From the NCBI GenBank assembly GCA_031390755.1, contig JANMTS010000109.1:5773-69772 (forward strand): a stretch of DNA of 64,000 nucleotides, written 5' to 3'. Of the stretch, positions 42,268 through 50,689 are shown piece by piece (position 1 is the first letter of the stretch; each line of letters opens with the position of its first letter). Below the pieces are notes generated by a model. The model ran no database searches and had not been told where the DNA came from. It saw only the letters and a list, made by a program, of their open reading frames with translations. Origin of the DNA: Holophagales bacterium (GTDB lineage Bacteria > Acidobacteriota > Thermoanaerobaculia > Multivoradales > UBA5704). The position numbers and the translations under genes are program-made.

Positions 42268-45075
42268 ATGAGCTCAATCCGTCGAAACGTCTTGCTGTTG
42301 TGCGTCCTCCTCCTCTCCGCCCTCCTCTCCACCAGCGTGGCCTCGGCCCAGACCACCGGAAGCATCTTCGGACGGGTCACGGACTCGGACGGCGGCGTGC
42401 TGCCCGGCGTCACCGTCGAAGCCCGCAGCCCCAGCCTCCAGGGGACGCGGACCGACATCACCAACGAGTCGGGCCAGTACCGGTTCACGCTGCTGCCGCC
42501 CGGCACCTACACGATCAACTTCGACCTCCAGGGCTTCGGCGTGGAGTCGCGCGACATCGCGGTGAGTCTCGACCAGGACACCACGCTCAACGTCCAGCTC
42601 ACCCCCGCGCTCTCCGAGGAGATCACCGTCACCAGCGAGGTGCCGGTCGTCGACACCACCTCCACCACGCTCGGCACGACCCTGGACGCGCGGGTGATCG
42701 AGAGCCTCCCCACCGGCCGCAACTACTCGTCGGTCGTCCAGATCACGCCGGGCGTCTCCTCGGACGCCAACCCGGAGAACACCTCCCAGTCCTCGATCAC
42801 CGTCTACGGCTCGACCGGCGCCGAGAACGTCTTCTACATCGACGGCGTGAATACGACCGGCACCGAGTACGGCTTCCAGGGCAAGGAGCTGAACTTCGAG
42901 TTCATCCAGGCGATCGACGTCAAGACCGGCGGCTACGAGGCCGAGTTCGGGAAGTCCACCGGCGGCATCATCAACGTCATCACCAAGTCCGGCGGCAACG
43001 AGCTCCACGGCGACCTCTTCGGCTACTGGGACGACGACTCGTTCCAGAACGATCCCGACCCCGTCGTCACCACCGGCGGCACCGTCGACGGCTACGACCG
43101 GAAGGACTACGGCCTCGGTCTCGGCGGCTTCCTCAAGAAGGACAAGCTCTGGTTCTTCGCCGCCTACGACCGCGTCGACAACCTCACGCAGAACCGGCTT
43201 CCCGAGGGCAGCTCCGTTCAGGTCGTCGACTCCGACAGCGACCGCGACCTCGCCTCCGCCAAGCTCACCTGGCGGCTCTCGGACAGCCAGTCGCTGATCG
43301 GCACCTTCTTCCAGGATCCGCGAGACGATGCCGGCGCCATCAGCGACGCCCAGCACGCGCTCAACGGCGACCCTCTGACCTACGACGGCGTCCGCAGCTT
43401 CGGCGGCGAGGACTACTCGCTCCGCTACGAGGCGCTGGCCGGCGAAAGCTGGGTCGTCTCCGCCCAGGCCTCCCGCCACAACGAGGAGAACTCGGTGGGG
43501 CCGGCCTCCGCCAGCGGCGACGTCGTCCAGTTCCGCTCCGTGGACGACGACTTCTTCCAGACCGGCGGCTTCGGCCTCCTGCAGGAGAAGAGCTTCCAGC
43601 GCGACTTCTACGGCGGCACCCTCACCCATTTCGTCGGCGACCACGAGATCAAGGGCGGCCTCGAATTCGAGACCCAGACCGCGGAGGTGACCAAGCGCTT
43701 CTCCGGCGGCCAGCAGGTCGACGTCTACGCCAACGACGGCCGGCCCGTCTACAGCCACTTCTACTGGACCACGCCCACCGCGACCGTGGGCAACGCGCCC
43801 GTGTCCGCCCTCGTCGCGTCGCCCGAGCACGAGGTCACGACCGTCTACGCCCAGGACCGCTGGTCGGTGTCCGACGGTCTCACCGTGAACCTCGGCGTCC
43901 GCTGGGACCGACAGGAGATCATCGACGCCTCGGGCGAGAAGCAGATCGACCTCAAGGACGACTTCGCGCCGCGCCTCGGCTTCGCGTGGGATCCGAAGGG
44001 CGACGGCTCCTCCAAGGTCTTCGGCTCGTGGGGCCGCTACTACGAGCAGATCCCGATGGATCTGGTCATCCGCTCCTTCTCCTTCGAGCGCCAGGCCCGC
44101 ATTTTCAACTACAGCCCGACCAGCACCACGCCGGACGCGGGCGCCGAGGCCGACGTCGACCAGGAGTCCGCGATCTTCGGCGGCTTCACCGAGCCGGTGG
44201 ACCCGGACCTCCGCAACCAGTACATCGAGGAGGCTCTGCTCGGCTACGAGAAGCTGGTCCGGCCGGCCATCTCGGTGGGCGTCAAGGGCATCTGGCGCGA
44301 GTATGGCGAGGTGATCGAGGACTTCCTCTGCGCGGACGACGGCACCTACTGCATCGGCAACCCGGGCAAGGGGATCATGAAGGACGTCTTCACCCTGGAC
44401 TACTCCCGAACCCTGCCCGCGCCTAGACCTGAGCGCGTCTTCAAGGGCGTGCAGCTCGACGTGCAGAAGCGCCTCTCCCACAGTTGGCAGGGCATGGCGT
44501 CGTACCTCTATTCGAAGCTGGAGGGGAACTTCGACGGCCTCTATGCGCCGTTCACGAACGTGGGCGCCGACCCGAACATCTCCGCGGCCTACGACTACTT
44601 CGACTTCTTCACCAACGGCAGCGACCTGACCCGGATCACCAACGAAGGAGCGCTCTCGAACGACCGGCGCCACCAGTTCAAGGCCTCGGGCGTCTTCTTC
44701 ACCCCCTGGAAGCTCTCGCTCGGCGCCTCGGCCTACTACCGCACCGGAACCCCGCTCACCCGCTATGGCTACTCGGACATCTACGGCCGCTATGAGTTCT
44801 TCCTCTCGAAGCGAGGAGCCGAGGGCCGGACGCCCGACAGCTACGAGGCCGACCTCCACTTCGGCTATCCGGTCGAGGCCGGCCCTGCGACCGTGAACAT
44901 CCTGGTGGACGTCTTCAACGTCCTGGACGCCCAGAGACCCGTCCTCCTCGATCAACGCTGGGGCTTCCAGGAGGCCGACAACGCCTCCCCCACCCCGGTC
45001 AATCCGGGCTACAGGAAACCCGTCCTGCGAACACCGCCGACCTCGTTCCGATTGGGTTTGAGGATAAGTTTCTAG
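42268..45075 (+). CDS. TonB-dependent receptor with N-terminal carboxypeptidase-regulatory-like domain
   Basis: 935 aa with GGAG upstream and a signal peptide ending ..SVASAQ. The CarboxypepD_reg domain reads GSIFGRVTDSDGGVLPGVTVEARSP..SGQYRFTLLPPGTYTINF. The plug reads YIDGVNTTG..GGIINVITKSGGNELHG. The C-terminal barrel ends ..FRLGLRISF. Confidence 0.85.
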   Translation: MSSIRRNVLLLCVLLLSALLSTSVASAQTTGSIFGRVTDSDGGVLPGVTVEARSPSLQGTRTDITNESGQYRFTLLPPGTYTINFDLQGFGVESRDIAVSLDQDTTLNVQLTPALSEEITVTSEVPVVDTTSTTLGTTLDARVIESLPTGRNYSSVVQITPGVSSDANPENTSQSSITVYGSTGAENVFYIDGVNTTGTEYGFQGKELNFEFIQAIDVKTGGYEAEFGKSTGGIINVITKSGGNELHGDLFGYWDDDSFQNDPDPVVTTGGTVDGYDRKDYGLGLGGFLKKDKLWFFAAYDRVDNLTQNRLPEGSSVQVVDSDSDRDLASAKLTWRLSDSQSLIGTFFQDPRDDAGAISDAQHALNGDPLTYDGVRSFGGEDYSLRYEALAGESWVVSAQASRHNEENSVGPASASGDVVQFRSVDDDFFQTGGFGLLQEKSFQRDFYGGTLTHFVGDHEIKGGLEFETQTAEVTKRFSGGQQVDVYANDGRPVYSHFYWTTPTATVGNAPVSALVASPEHEVTTVYAQDRWSVSDGLTVNLGVRWDRQEIIDASGEKQIDLKDDFAPRLGFAWDPKGDGSSKVFGSWGRYYEQIPMDLVIRSFSFERQARIFNYSPTSTTPDAGAEADVDQESAIFGGFTEPVDPDLRNQYIEEALLGYEKLVRPAISVGVKGIWREYGEVIEDFLCADDGTYCIGNPGKGIMKDVFTLDYSRTLPAPRPERVFKGVQLDVQKRLSHSWQGMASYLYSKLEGNFDGLYAPFTNVGADPNISAAYDYFDFFTNGSDLTRITNEGALSNDRRHQFKASGVFFTPWKLSLGASAYYRTGTPLTRYGYSDIYGRYEFFLSKRGAEGRTPDSYEADLHFGYPVEAGPATVNILVDVFNVLDAQRPVLLDQRWGFQEADNASPTPVNPGYRKPVLRTPPTSFRLGLRISF

Positions 45076-45084
45076 GCTGGGAGC

Positions 45085-45136
45085 GCCGGCTTCCAGCCGG
45101 CACCTAACCAAAGAGAGCCGGCACCCGCCGGCTCTC
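45085..45136 (+). terminator. Two consecutive GC-rich hairpins after the receptor gene (no U-tract)
   Basis: gccggct-tcc-agccggc (45085..45101) and gagagccggc-accc-gccggctctc (45113..45136, a perfect 10-bp stem). No T-run follows, so intrinsic-terminator function is uncertain. Confidence 0.4.
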
Positions 45137-45214
45137 CCCCTCCTCATCCCGGCAGAAACCCGCCTTCCCGTCCGTCTCTCCCGTTATACCTGCATCTCCA
45201 AAAGGGAGACACCG

Positions 45215-46297
45215 ATGCGTTCGTTCCGGTTGCTGATCCTGACTCTTTTGGTCACCGCTTGTGCCTCGTCCCAGAGAGCGACCCCGCCGTCGCAGATATG
45301 CCCGCCTTCGCCAGGGAACCCCGTCCCGAACGACATCTGTCCCGTTCTTCTGGAGCCGGTCCCGGGGGTCATCCCCTCCGTTCCGGACGATCAGGACGGT
45401 GATAGCGTCATCCGGATCCTCGCTTTCGGAGACTTCGGCTCCGGCAGCGCGAAGCAGGCGGAGACGGCCCGAGCCATGAAGGAGTACAGCACGGGGCACC
45501 CGTTCGACTTCGGGCTCATCCTCGGCGACAACTTCTATCCCGACGGCCTCGCCGCCAGGGACGACTGCCGATGGGAGGAGGATTGGGAGAAGCTCTATAC
45601 CCGTCTCGGCATCCGCTTCTATGCGGTGCTCGGCAACCACGACTATCACCAACCCGACGGTCCGGTCGCCGAGATGGCGCGTTCCAACGACAGCACCTCC
45701 TGGTGCCTTCCGGCCAGCCACTACACATTCCAGGCGGGCCCCCTGCAGTTCTTCGCGATCGACACCACTGCGATCGATAAGCCCGGGCGGGATTCGGATG
45801 GCGCCATGGACAAACAGAAAGTCTGGCTGGAGCAGGCCCTCGCCGACAGCACGGCCACCTGGAAGATCGTCTACGGCCATCATCCCGTGTATTCGAACGG
45901 CGTCCACGGCTGGCTGGAGGGAGGCACCCTGAAGAACGTCCGGAGATACCTCGACGCTCCGCTGACCCGGCCAGGGCTGGGATTCGACGTCTACCTCACC
46001 GGCCACGACCACGACCTTCAGATCCTGCAGCCGCAGAACGGAATGCACTTCCTCATCTCCGGTGCTGCCGGCGATGGGGCGACCGGCTTCCGGCGGATCC
46101 TGAGGGGGCGAAAGTGCCGGGTGTGGGACACGGCGAAACAGAGAGGATTCCTGGTGCTGGAGGCGGACACGAAAAGCGGCACGCTCTCCGCGACGTTCGT
46201 CGGCACCAGGACCGCAGCCCCCTACTATGAGGTTCTGTACGGCCCCATGCCGATCACGAAGGGCGCGACATCGACCGCCGCCTGTGCGAGGCGTTGA
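45215..46297 (+). CDS. Lipoprotein metallophosphoesterase (purple/tartrate-resistant acid phosphatase-like)
   Basis: The signal peptide and lipobox read LLILTLLVTAC. Calcineurin-like motifs: FGDFG, GDNFY, GNHDY, GHHPV, GHDHD. Confidence 0.85.
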   Translation: MRSFRLLILTLLVTACASSQRATPPSQICPPSPGNPVPNDICPVLLEPVPGVIPSVPDDQDGDSVIRILAFGDFGSGSAKQAETARAMKEYSTGHPFDFGLILGDNFYPDGLAARDDCRWEEDWEKLYTRLGIRFYAVLGNHDYHQPDGPVAEMARSNDSTSWCLPASHYTFQAGPLQFFAIDTTAIDKPGRDSDGAMDKQKVWLEQALADSTATWKIVYGHHPVYSNGVHGWLEGGTLKNVRRYLDAPLTRPGLGFDVYLTGHDHDLQILQPQNGMHFLISGAAGDGATGFRRILRGRKCRVWDTAKQRGFLVLEADTKSGTLSATFVGTRTAAPYYEVLYGPMPITKGATSTAACARR

Positions 46298-46323
46298 CGA
46301 GACTCCCCCGGCTCAGGGCCGGG

Positions 46324-47175
46324 TTAGCGCTTCAACCGATACACGTCGTCCGTGTTGTAGCAGCGGACATAAACCAAATCGTCCTTGACGAGGATCATCT
46401 CCGGGCCGGTCTTCACAGGCTGCCGCGCCGCCACGGTTCCGGACTTGCGGTCGAGCAGGTAGAGGAAGTCGGGCTCGGCCGTGAAGCCGTACCCGGTCAC
46501 GATCAGATCCCCGAGGACGAGGAACGTGCGGGCGTTGGCGACCAGCGGCGCGCTCCGCCACAGAATCGCGTCGGTCTTCGGATTGATCGCCGTGACATAG
46601 GCGTTGAGCCCGCGCGAGTCCTTCGCATAGGTGTTGTGACCGTGCGAGACGTAGAGGGTGCCGTCCTTCTCCACCGCCCAGATTACGTTCTGGTTCGTAA
46701 ACTCCCCATCCTCGCCTGGAGGATGCTGCCAGCGCTTGAAGTCATAGCCGTACCGGAACGCGTGCGTCGTCGGATCGACGGCCATGAGATACCAGAGGGT
46801 ACCGAAGTCCTTCCCATAGAGAAGGAAGAGAGCGTCGCCGCCCACGAAGCCGCGCACCAGCACCGCGTCGCGGAACTCGCGGGGGATGCTCTCCGGCAGC
46901 GATCCCAGGTCTATCTCCGGCCGCGGCAATCCGTTCTTCGCGAACCAGGCGTCTTCCTCGGTGATTTGATTCGCCTGGGTGCTCACCCGCTCCAGTCGCG
47001 GACCCTGGCCGCCGGTCGGAGCGGACGCCGTAGTCACCGGGAACGGCGGCGCGGGCAGCGGCGCCGCGCTGAAGTTTTCCCCCGCAACTGCGGGAACGGC
47101 TCCGCACAGGAGAGTCAGAGCCAGGAGACTGGCTGTGGCGTGGCTGCGAATCCGGAGATAGGCTGACTGGATCAT
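46324..47175 (-). CDS. Secreted hypothetical protein (possible beta-propeller)
   Basis: 283 aa with signal peptide ..LLALTLLCGAVPAVAGE. It has repeated strand-like segments (TLYVSHGHNTYAKD.., DLIVTGYGFTAEPDFLYLLD..). No family recognised. Confidence 0.55.
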   Translation of the reverse strand: MIQSAYLRIRSHATASLLALTLLCGAVPAVAGENFSAAPLPAPPFPVTTASAPTGGQGPRLERVSTQANQITEEDAWFAKNGLPRPEIDLGSLPESIPREFRDAVLVRGFVGGDALFLLYGKDFGTLWYLMAVDPTTHAFRYGYDFKRWQHPPGEDGEFTNQNVIWAVEKDGTLYVSHGHNTYAKDSRGLNAYVTAINPKTDAILWRSAPLVANARTFLVLGDLIVTGYGFTAEPDFLYLLDRKSGTVAARQPVKTGPEMILVKDDLVYVRCYNTDDVYRLKR

Positions 47176-47633
47176 GCGGGGATCCTACACCGCCGCTGCG
47201 CTCTCAAAATCCGATAGCATTCCCTGGAAATGCCCGAGCTTCTCGTCGACGACCTACGGAGAGAGATCCAGGCCGGCCGCCTCCTCGTGGTGGTTAGCCT
47301 GGGAGAGCATTAGGATGCCGGTTCTGGTGGGCGAGTTGGTAGAGGACTTTGCCGAGGAGTCGTGAAGGTGCCCTTCCCGCCTGCGTGCCTTCTCGCCAGA
47401 GCTTGGCCGACCTCGTCGCGAATCTCGTCCTTGCCAGGAAAGGGACGGGGTGAGGAGAGAGAACCATAGAGGTCAGCAAGCCGCTGCCGGTTGAGCGCTT
47501 TCATTTGCTCGGAGGTCACCTCGAACATCACATCGTCCCCTTGATCGATATTGGACACTGCCGTACCTCCCTTCAACTCCTACTCTATCGCCTCTAGATG
47601 CCAGGTTCCCACCGCTGACGGTATGCTCCGCTC

Positions 47634-47861
47634 ATGAAACGCACAACTCTTGTGCTGGACGAGCAGCTCCTCGAAGAAGTCACGCGCGTCAGCGGAGAGA
47701 GGACGTACTCCCGTGCAGTGACCCGGGCCCTTGAGGACTATTTACGGCGTCACCAAGCGGGGCGCATCTTCGAGCTCGCCGGAGCGGGGCTCTGGGAAGG
47801 AAACCTCTCCGAGATGAGGAGAGATGCACCAGCAGCCCAAGGTCGTCGTGATTCTCGTTGA
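47634..47861 (+). CDS. vapB: VapB-type antitoxin (PSK/Rv0623-like family)
   Basis: MKRTTLVLDEQLLEEVTRVSGERTYSRAVTRALEDYLRR...LWEGNLSEMRRD matches the MRTTLdlDdeLl..a..ltg.. antitoxin family. Confidence 0.75.
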   Translation: MKRTTLVLDEQLLEEVTRVSGERTYSRAVTRALEDYLRRHQAGRIFELAGAGLWEGNLSEMRRDAPAAQGRRDSR

Positions 47862-47901
47862 CACAGTCCTGGAGGAGCGCCGGGGTTCGCTGGAGAACTG
47901 A
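47824..47901 (+). pseudogene. vapC: Truncated vapC (PIN toxin) remnant
   Basis: The frame overlapping the vapB 3' end reads ..KVVVILVDTVLEERRGSLEN followed by a stop. Only the PIN N-terminal ILVDT signature survives (possible GTG start at 47848). The next gene starts at 47932. Confidence 0.5.
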
Positions 47902-47931
47902 CGTCCGGATCGGTGTACTCTCGGACGCTGG

Positions 47932-48363
47932 ATGGATCTCCACGACCTCCTCCACGGCCTCGCCGACGCCGTTGCTCCCCTGCTCGCGCTGCTTGCCCTG
48001 CTGAACCCGCTGATCCGGCCCCCACTGGGCGACCGGCGGGCCGTCGTCCGGTACTTCATTGCAGCGGCTCTCGGAGTCGCCTTCATCTACCTCGTCGCGG
48101 GGATCGACTCCGCCTTCGGCCTCTGGCCTCGCGCGGGTCTCGACTACAGCACGCACACGGCGTTCACCACGACGTTGCTGGTGTCATTGTGGGCATCCCG
48201 GCCGGGATGGGTCTGGGGATTGGGGACGGTGCTGGTGGGATATGGGGCGCTGATGGTCGGGCTTGGCTTTCACAGCGTCGCCGATGTCTGCACGGCGGCG
48301 ATCGTTGCAGCGGCAGTCACCCTGCCTCTTCACGGCGCTCGCTCCTTCCGGAGCCCTCAATAA
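47932..48363 (+). CDS. Small integral membrane protein with degenerate PAP2-like motifs
   Basis: 143 aa with 4 TM segments. WPRAGLDYSTHTAF (compare PSGHT) and GFHSVADVCTAAIV (compare HxxxD) resemble acid-phosphatase motifs 2 and 3; motif 1 is not evident. Confidence 0.45.
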   Translation: MDLHDLLHGLADAVAPLLALLALLNPLIRPPLGDRRAVVRYFIAAALGVAFIYLVAGIDSAFGLWPRAGLDYSTHTAFTTTLLVSLWASRPGWVWGLGTVLVGYGALMVGLGFHSVADVCTAAIVAAAVTLPLHGARSFRSPQ

Positions 48364-48750
48364 TGCCGCAACCTCGACTTCTTCACCGCAACACAATCTT
48401 ATGTTGCGGCATGGCATCCTTCTTTTGCCGCAACCTTGACTTGTTCGCCGCAACCTGACTTCTTTTTGCGGTGAACACCTTGGCCTTGCCGCAACCTAAG
48501 TTTTTTCACCGCAATCTAGATTAATTTTGCCGCAACATAAGCTTCTTGACCGCAAGTCAAACTTATTCACCGCAAGTTGCCGCAACCATGCCGCGACTTG
48601 TCCCTATTCGCCGCAGACTTGACTTTTTCACCGCAACCCAGGATTGTTCACCGCAACGTGGCGCCAGCCAGGGGTCGCTTCGCGGGTTTGCCGCAACCTT
48701 GGAGCCCCTGACAGCGCGGTCGGCTGAGTCGCTGAATTTTGCCGCAACCT
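48364..48750. repeat. Iteron-like array: 18 CCGCAA-core units at 20-21-bp phasing in a ~50% G+C intergenic region
   Basis: Forward cores are at 48366, 48386, 48428, 48448, 48489, 48509, 48530, 48550, 48570, 48580, 48591, 48611, 48631, 48651, 48691 and 48742. Reverse TTGCGG cores are at 48404 and 48466. Units alternate between TTGCCGCAAC (near-palindrome) and TTCACCGCAAC, often followed by CTTGACTT. I counted 30/60 and 29/60 G+C in the first two lines. Confidence 0.85.
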
Positions 48751-48773
48751 CTCTTGAGGAAGGAAGACGGGGC

Positions 48774-49271
48774 ATGGGATCGAAGCTGTCGGTCGAAGAG
48801 ATTCTGGCGGGGCTGGAAAAGCGGGCGGCTGCGCTTCGGGAGAAGGAGGCCTTCCATGCGCAGCAGGAAGATCACCATCGGGAGCAGCGGGCGCTTCATG
48901 CGGCCGAGCTTCAGAAGGTGGAGGCGAGCCTCGAGGCGTTCCGGACGGCGGCGTCCCCCGCGGTCGAGCTTGCGGCTCCGGTACGGGACCGGGCAGGCTC
49001 CGAGGAGGAGAGTCTTCCGGGGCCGGGGCGCCTCCTGGTCAGCCGGCTGGTGCGGATGACGGCGCTGAGCCCCACGCTGGACCAGCCGTTCGGTCCCAGC
49101 GCCGTGGCGACGGAGGTGAACCGCCGCTACCCGAAACAGCTCTCCAGGCCGGTCGACATCCGCGCGGCGTCCGACGTGCTGCGGCGGATGGCGGCCGAGG
49201 GCTGGATCCGGCTCGACCGGCCGGGGAAGGCGTTCCACGAGGCCCTGTACACCCGCATCCATCAAGGGTGA
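48774..49271 (+). CDS. Hypothetical 165-aa protein (coiled-coil N-half, possible winged-helix C-half)
   Basis: ATG at 48774 preceded by GAGGAAGGAAG. It reads MGSKLSVEEILAGLEKRAAALREKEAFHAQQEDHHREQ... and ...IRAASDVLRRMAAEGWIRLDRPGKAFHEALYTR. The part of the track ORF upstream of 48774 merely reads through the repeats. Confidence 0.55.
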   Translation: MGSKLSVEEILAGLEKRAAALREKEAFHAQQEDHHREQRALHAAELQKVEASLEAFRTAASPAVELAAPVRDRAGSEEESLPGPGRLLVSRLVRMTALSPTLDQPFGPSAVATEVNRRYPKQLSRPVDIRAASDVLRRMAAEGWIRLDRPGKAFHEALYTRIHQG

Positions 49272-49345
49272 CGCGGAAACGGACGCCTCCTTGACAGCCG
49301 GACCCGGGAGGCCAGACGATGACTGGCATTGCGAGGAGCCTCTCC

Positions 49346-50689
49346 ATGAGATCCCTTTTCCTCTTTGTCCTTGCGGTTTCGGCCATCCTCGCCGCACCCG
49401 ATCCATCCCGGGCGCTGACGCTGCCCGAGGCGGTCGAGCGGGCGCTCGTGCGCCATCCGGCGGTCGAGGCGGCGCGGTGGCGCCAGTCGGAGGCCGCGGA
49501 GGCGATGAACGAAGCGCTCTTCGCAAGCCGGCCGCGGGGACGCGTGACCGGCTCGGCCACTCAATATGAAGAGCCGATGGTGGTGACGCCGATCCACGGC
49601 TTCGGCCCGGGCCTGTTCCCGGAGTTCGACGAGACGCTCGGCATCGCGACGCTCACGGTGAGCTACACGCTGATCGACAACGGCGGCGTCGAGGCGCAGC
49701 GGCGTTCGGCCGGCGCCCTGAAGACAACTGCGGGCGCCGCGGTCGGCGACGCGGAGCAGAGGCTCGCCCGCCGGGTGGCCGCGGCGTATCTGACGGTGCT
49801 CGGCCAGAGCCAGGTGCTCGCCGCCCACGATCTCCGCCTGTCGGCCCTGCGGGCAGAGCTGTCGCGCGTGCAGCAGCGCTTCGAGGTGGGCCGGGCCGCG
49901 AAGGTGGAGATCCTCCGCTCCGAGGCCGCGCACGCGAACGCCGAGGCCGACCGCGTGCGCCTCACGTCCGCGGTGGACAATTCGGAGCGCGAGCTGGCCC
50001 GGCTGCTGGATGCGCAGGTCGACGAGGTGCGCGCCGTCCATCTGGAGCCGGTCGTCCTTGTGGGTGATGCAAACAGAGAAGAGATCGCCGCCGCGGGGAT
50101 CGAGGCCAGCCCGGCCGTGGCCCAGGCTCGCGCCCAGGTCACGGCGGCGGAGGCGGCGGTCGATCTCGCCCGAAGCCTCCTGCGGCCGGATCTGCGCGCG
50201 GTCGGCAACTACAACGAGTGGACGTCCTCCCAGGGGAATTTCACCGGGGAGTGGAACGTGGGCCTCCAATTCACGGTGCCGCTCTTCGACGGCGGCGTCG
50301 CCCGCAGCCGGATCGCCCGCGCCGAGGCCGGCGTGCTCGCCGCGAAGGAGCAGGTGCGCGCCGCGGAGCTCCAGGTGCGCGAGGACGTGGACCGCGCCGC
50401 CGCCGCGCTGGCCGAGGCCGAGGCGCGCGCGGCGAGCCTGGCAAAAGCCGAGGCCCGCTTCGTCGAGGTCGTGCGCGTGCAGCAGCTCCTGCTCGACGAG
50501 GGGGCCGGCACCCAGACCGACTATCTCAATGCCGAGGCCGACCTGCTCGCGTCGCGGGCCAGCCTGGCCGAGGCGCGGCACGCCGCCGCGCTCGCCCGCG
50601 TCGACCTGGCCCGCGCCGCGGGCCGACTCACTCCGGAGTGGCTGCGCCAGGCCACGGCCCCAGCCCCAGACCAGGAGGCTTTCCGATGA
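49346..50689 (+). CDS. TolC-family outer membrane efflux protein
   Basis: Start at MRSLFLFVLAVSAILAAPDPSRA (GAGGAG upstream; an alternative ATG lies at 49319). It reads LTLPEAVERALVRHPAVEAAR.. and has a two-repeat TolC architecture. Confidence 0.85.
   Translation: MRSLFLFVLAVSAILAAPDPSRALTLPEAVERALVRHPAVEAARWRQSEAAEAMNEALFASRPRGRVTGSATQYEEPMVVTPIHGFGPGLFPEFDETLGIATLTVSYTLIDNGGVEAQRRSAGALKTTAGAAVGDAEQRLARRVAAAYLTVLGQSQVLAAHDLRLSALRAELSRVQQRFEVGRAAKVEILRSEAAHANAEADRVRLTSAVDNSERELARLLDAQVDEVRAVHLEPVVLVGDANREEIAAAGIEASPAVAQARAQVTAAEAAVDLARSLLRPDLRAVGNYNEWTSSQGNFTGEWNVGLQFTVPLFDGGVARSRIARAEAGVLAAKEQVRAAELQVREDVDRAAAALAEAEARAASLAKAEARFVEVVRVQQLLLDEGAGTQTDYLNAEADLLASRASLAEARHAAALARVDLARAAGRLTPEWLRQATAPAPDQEAFR

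Noticed and set aside
47174-47479. Track ORFs 47174..47365(+) and 47294..47479(-) as genes.
   Set aside because: They have no RBS and no recognisable family, and they overlap one another in a region that looks like decayed coding sequence. They are mentioned only as remnants in the findings.
48364-48750. A CRISPR array.
   Set aside because: The units are ~20 bp and contiguous, with no unique spacers. Two unit flavours alternate and some are inverted. No cas genes or leader are present.
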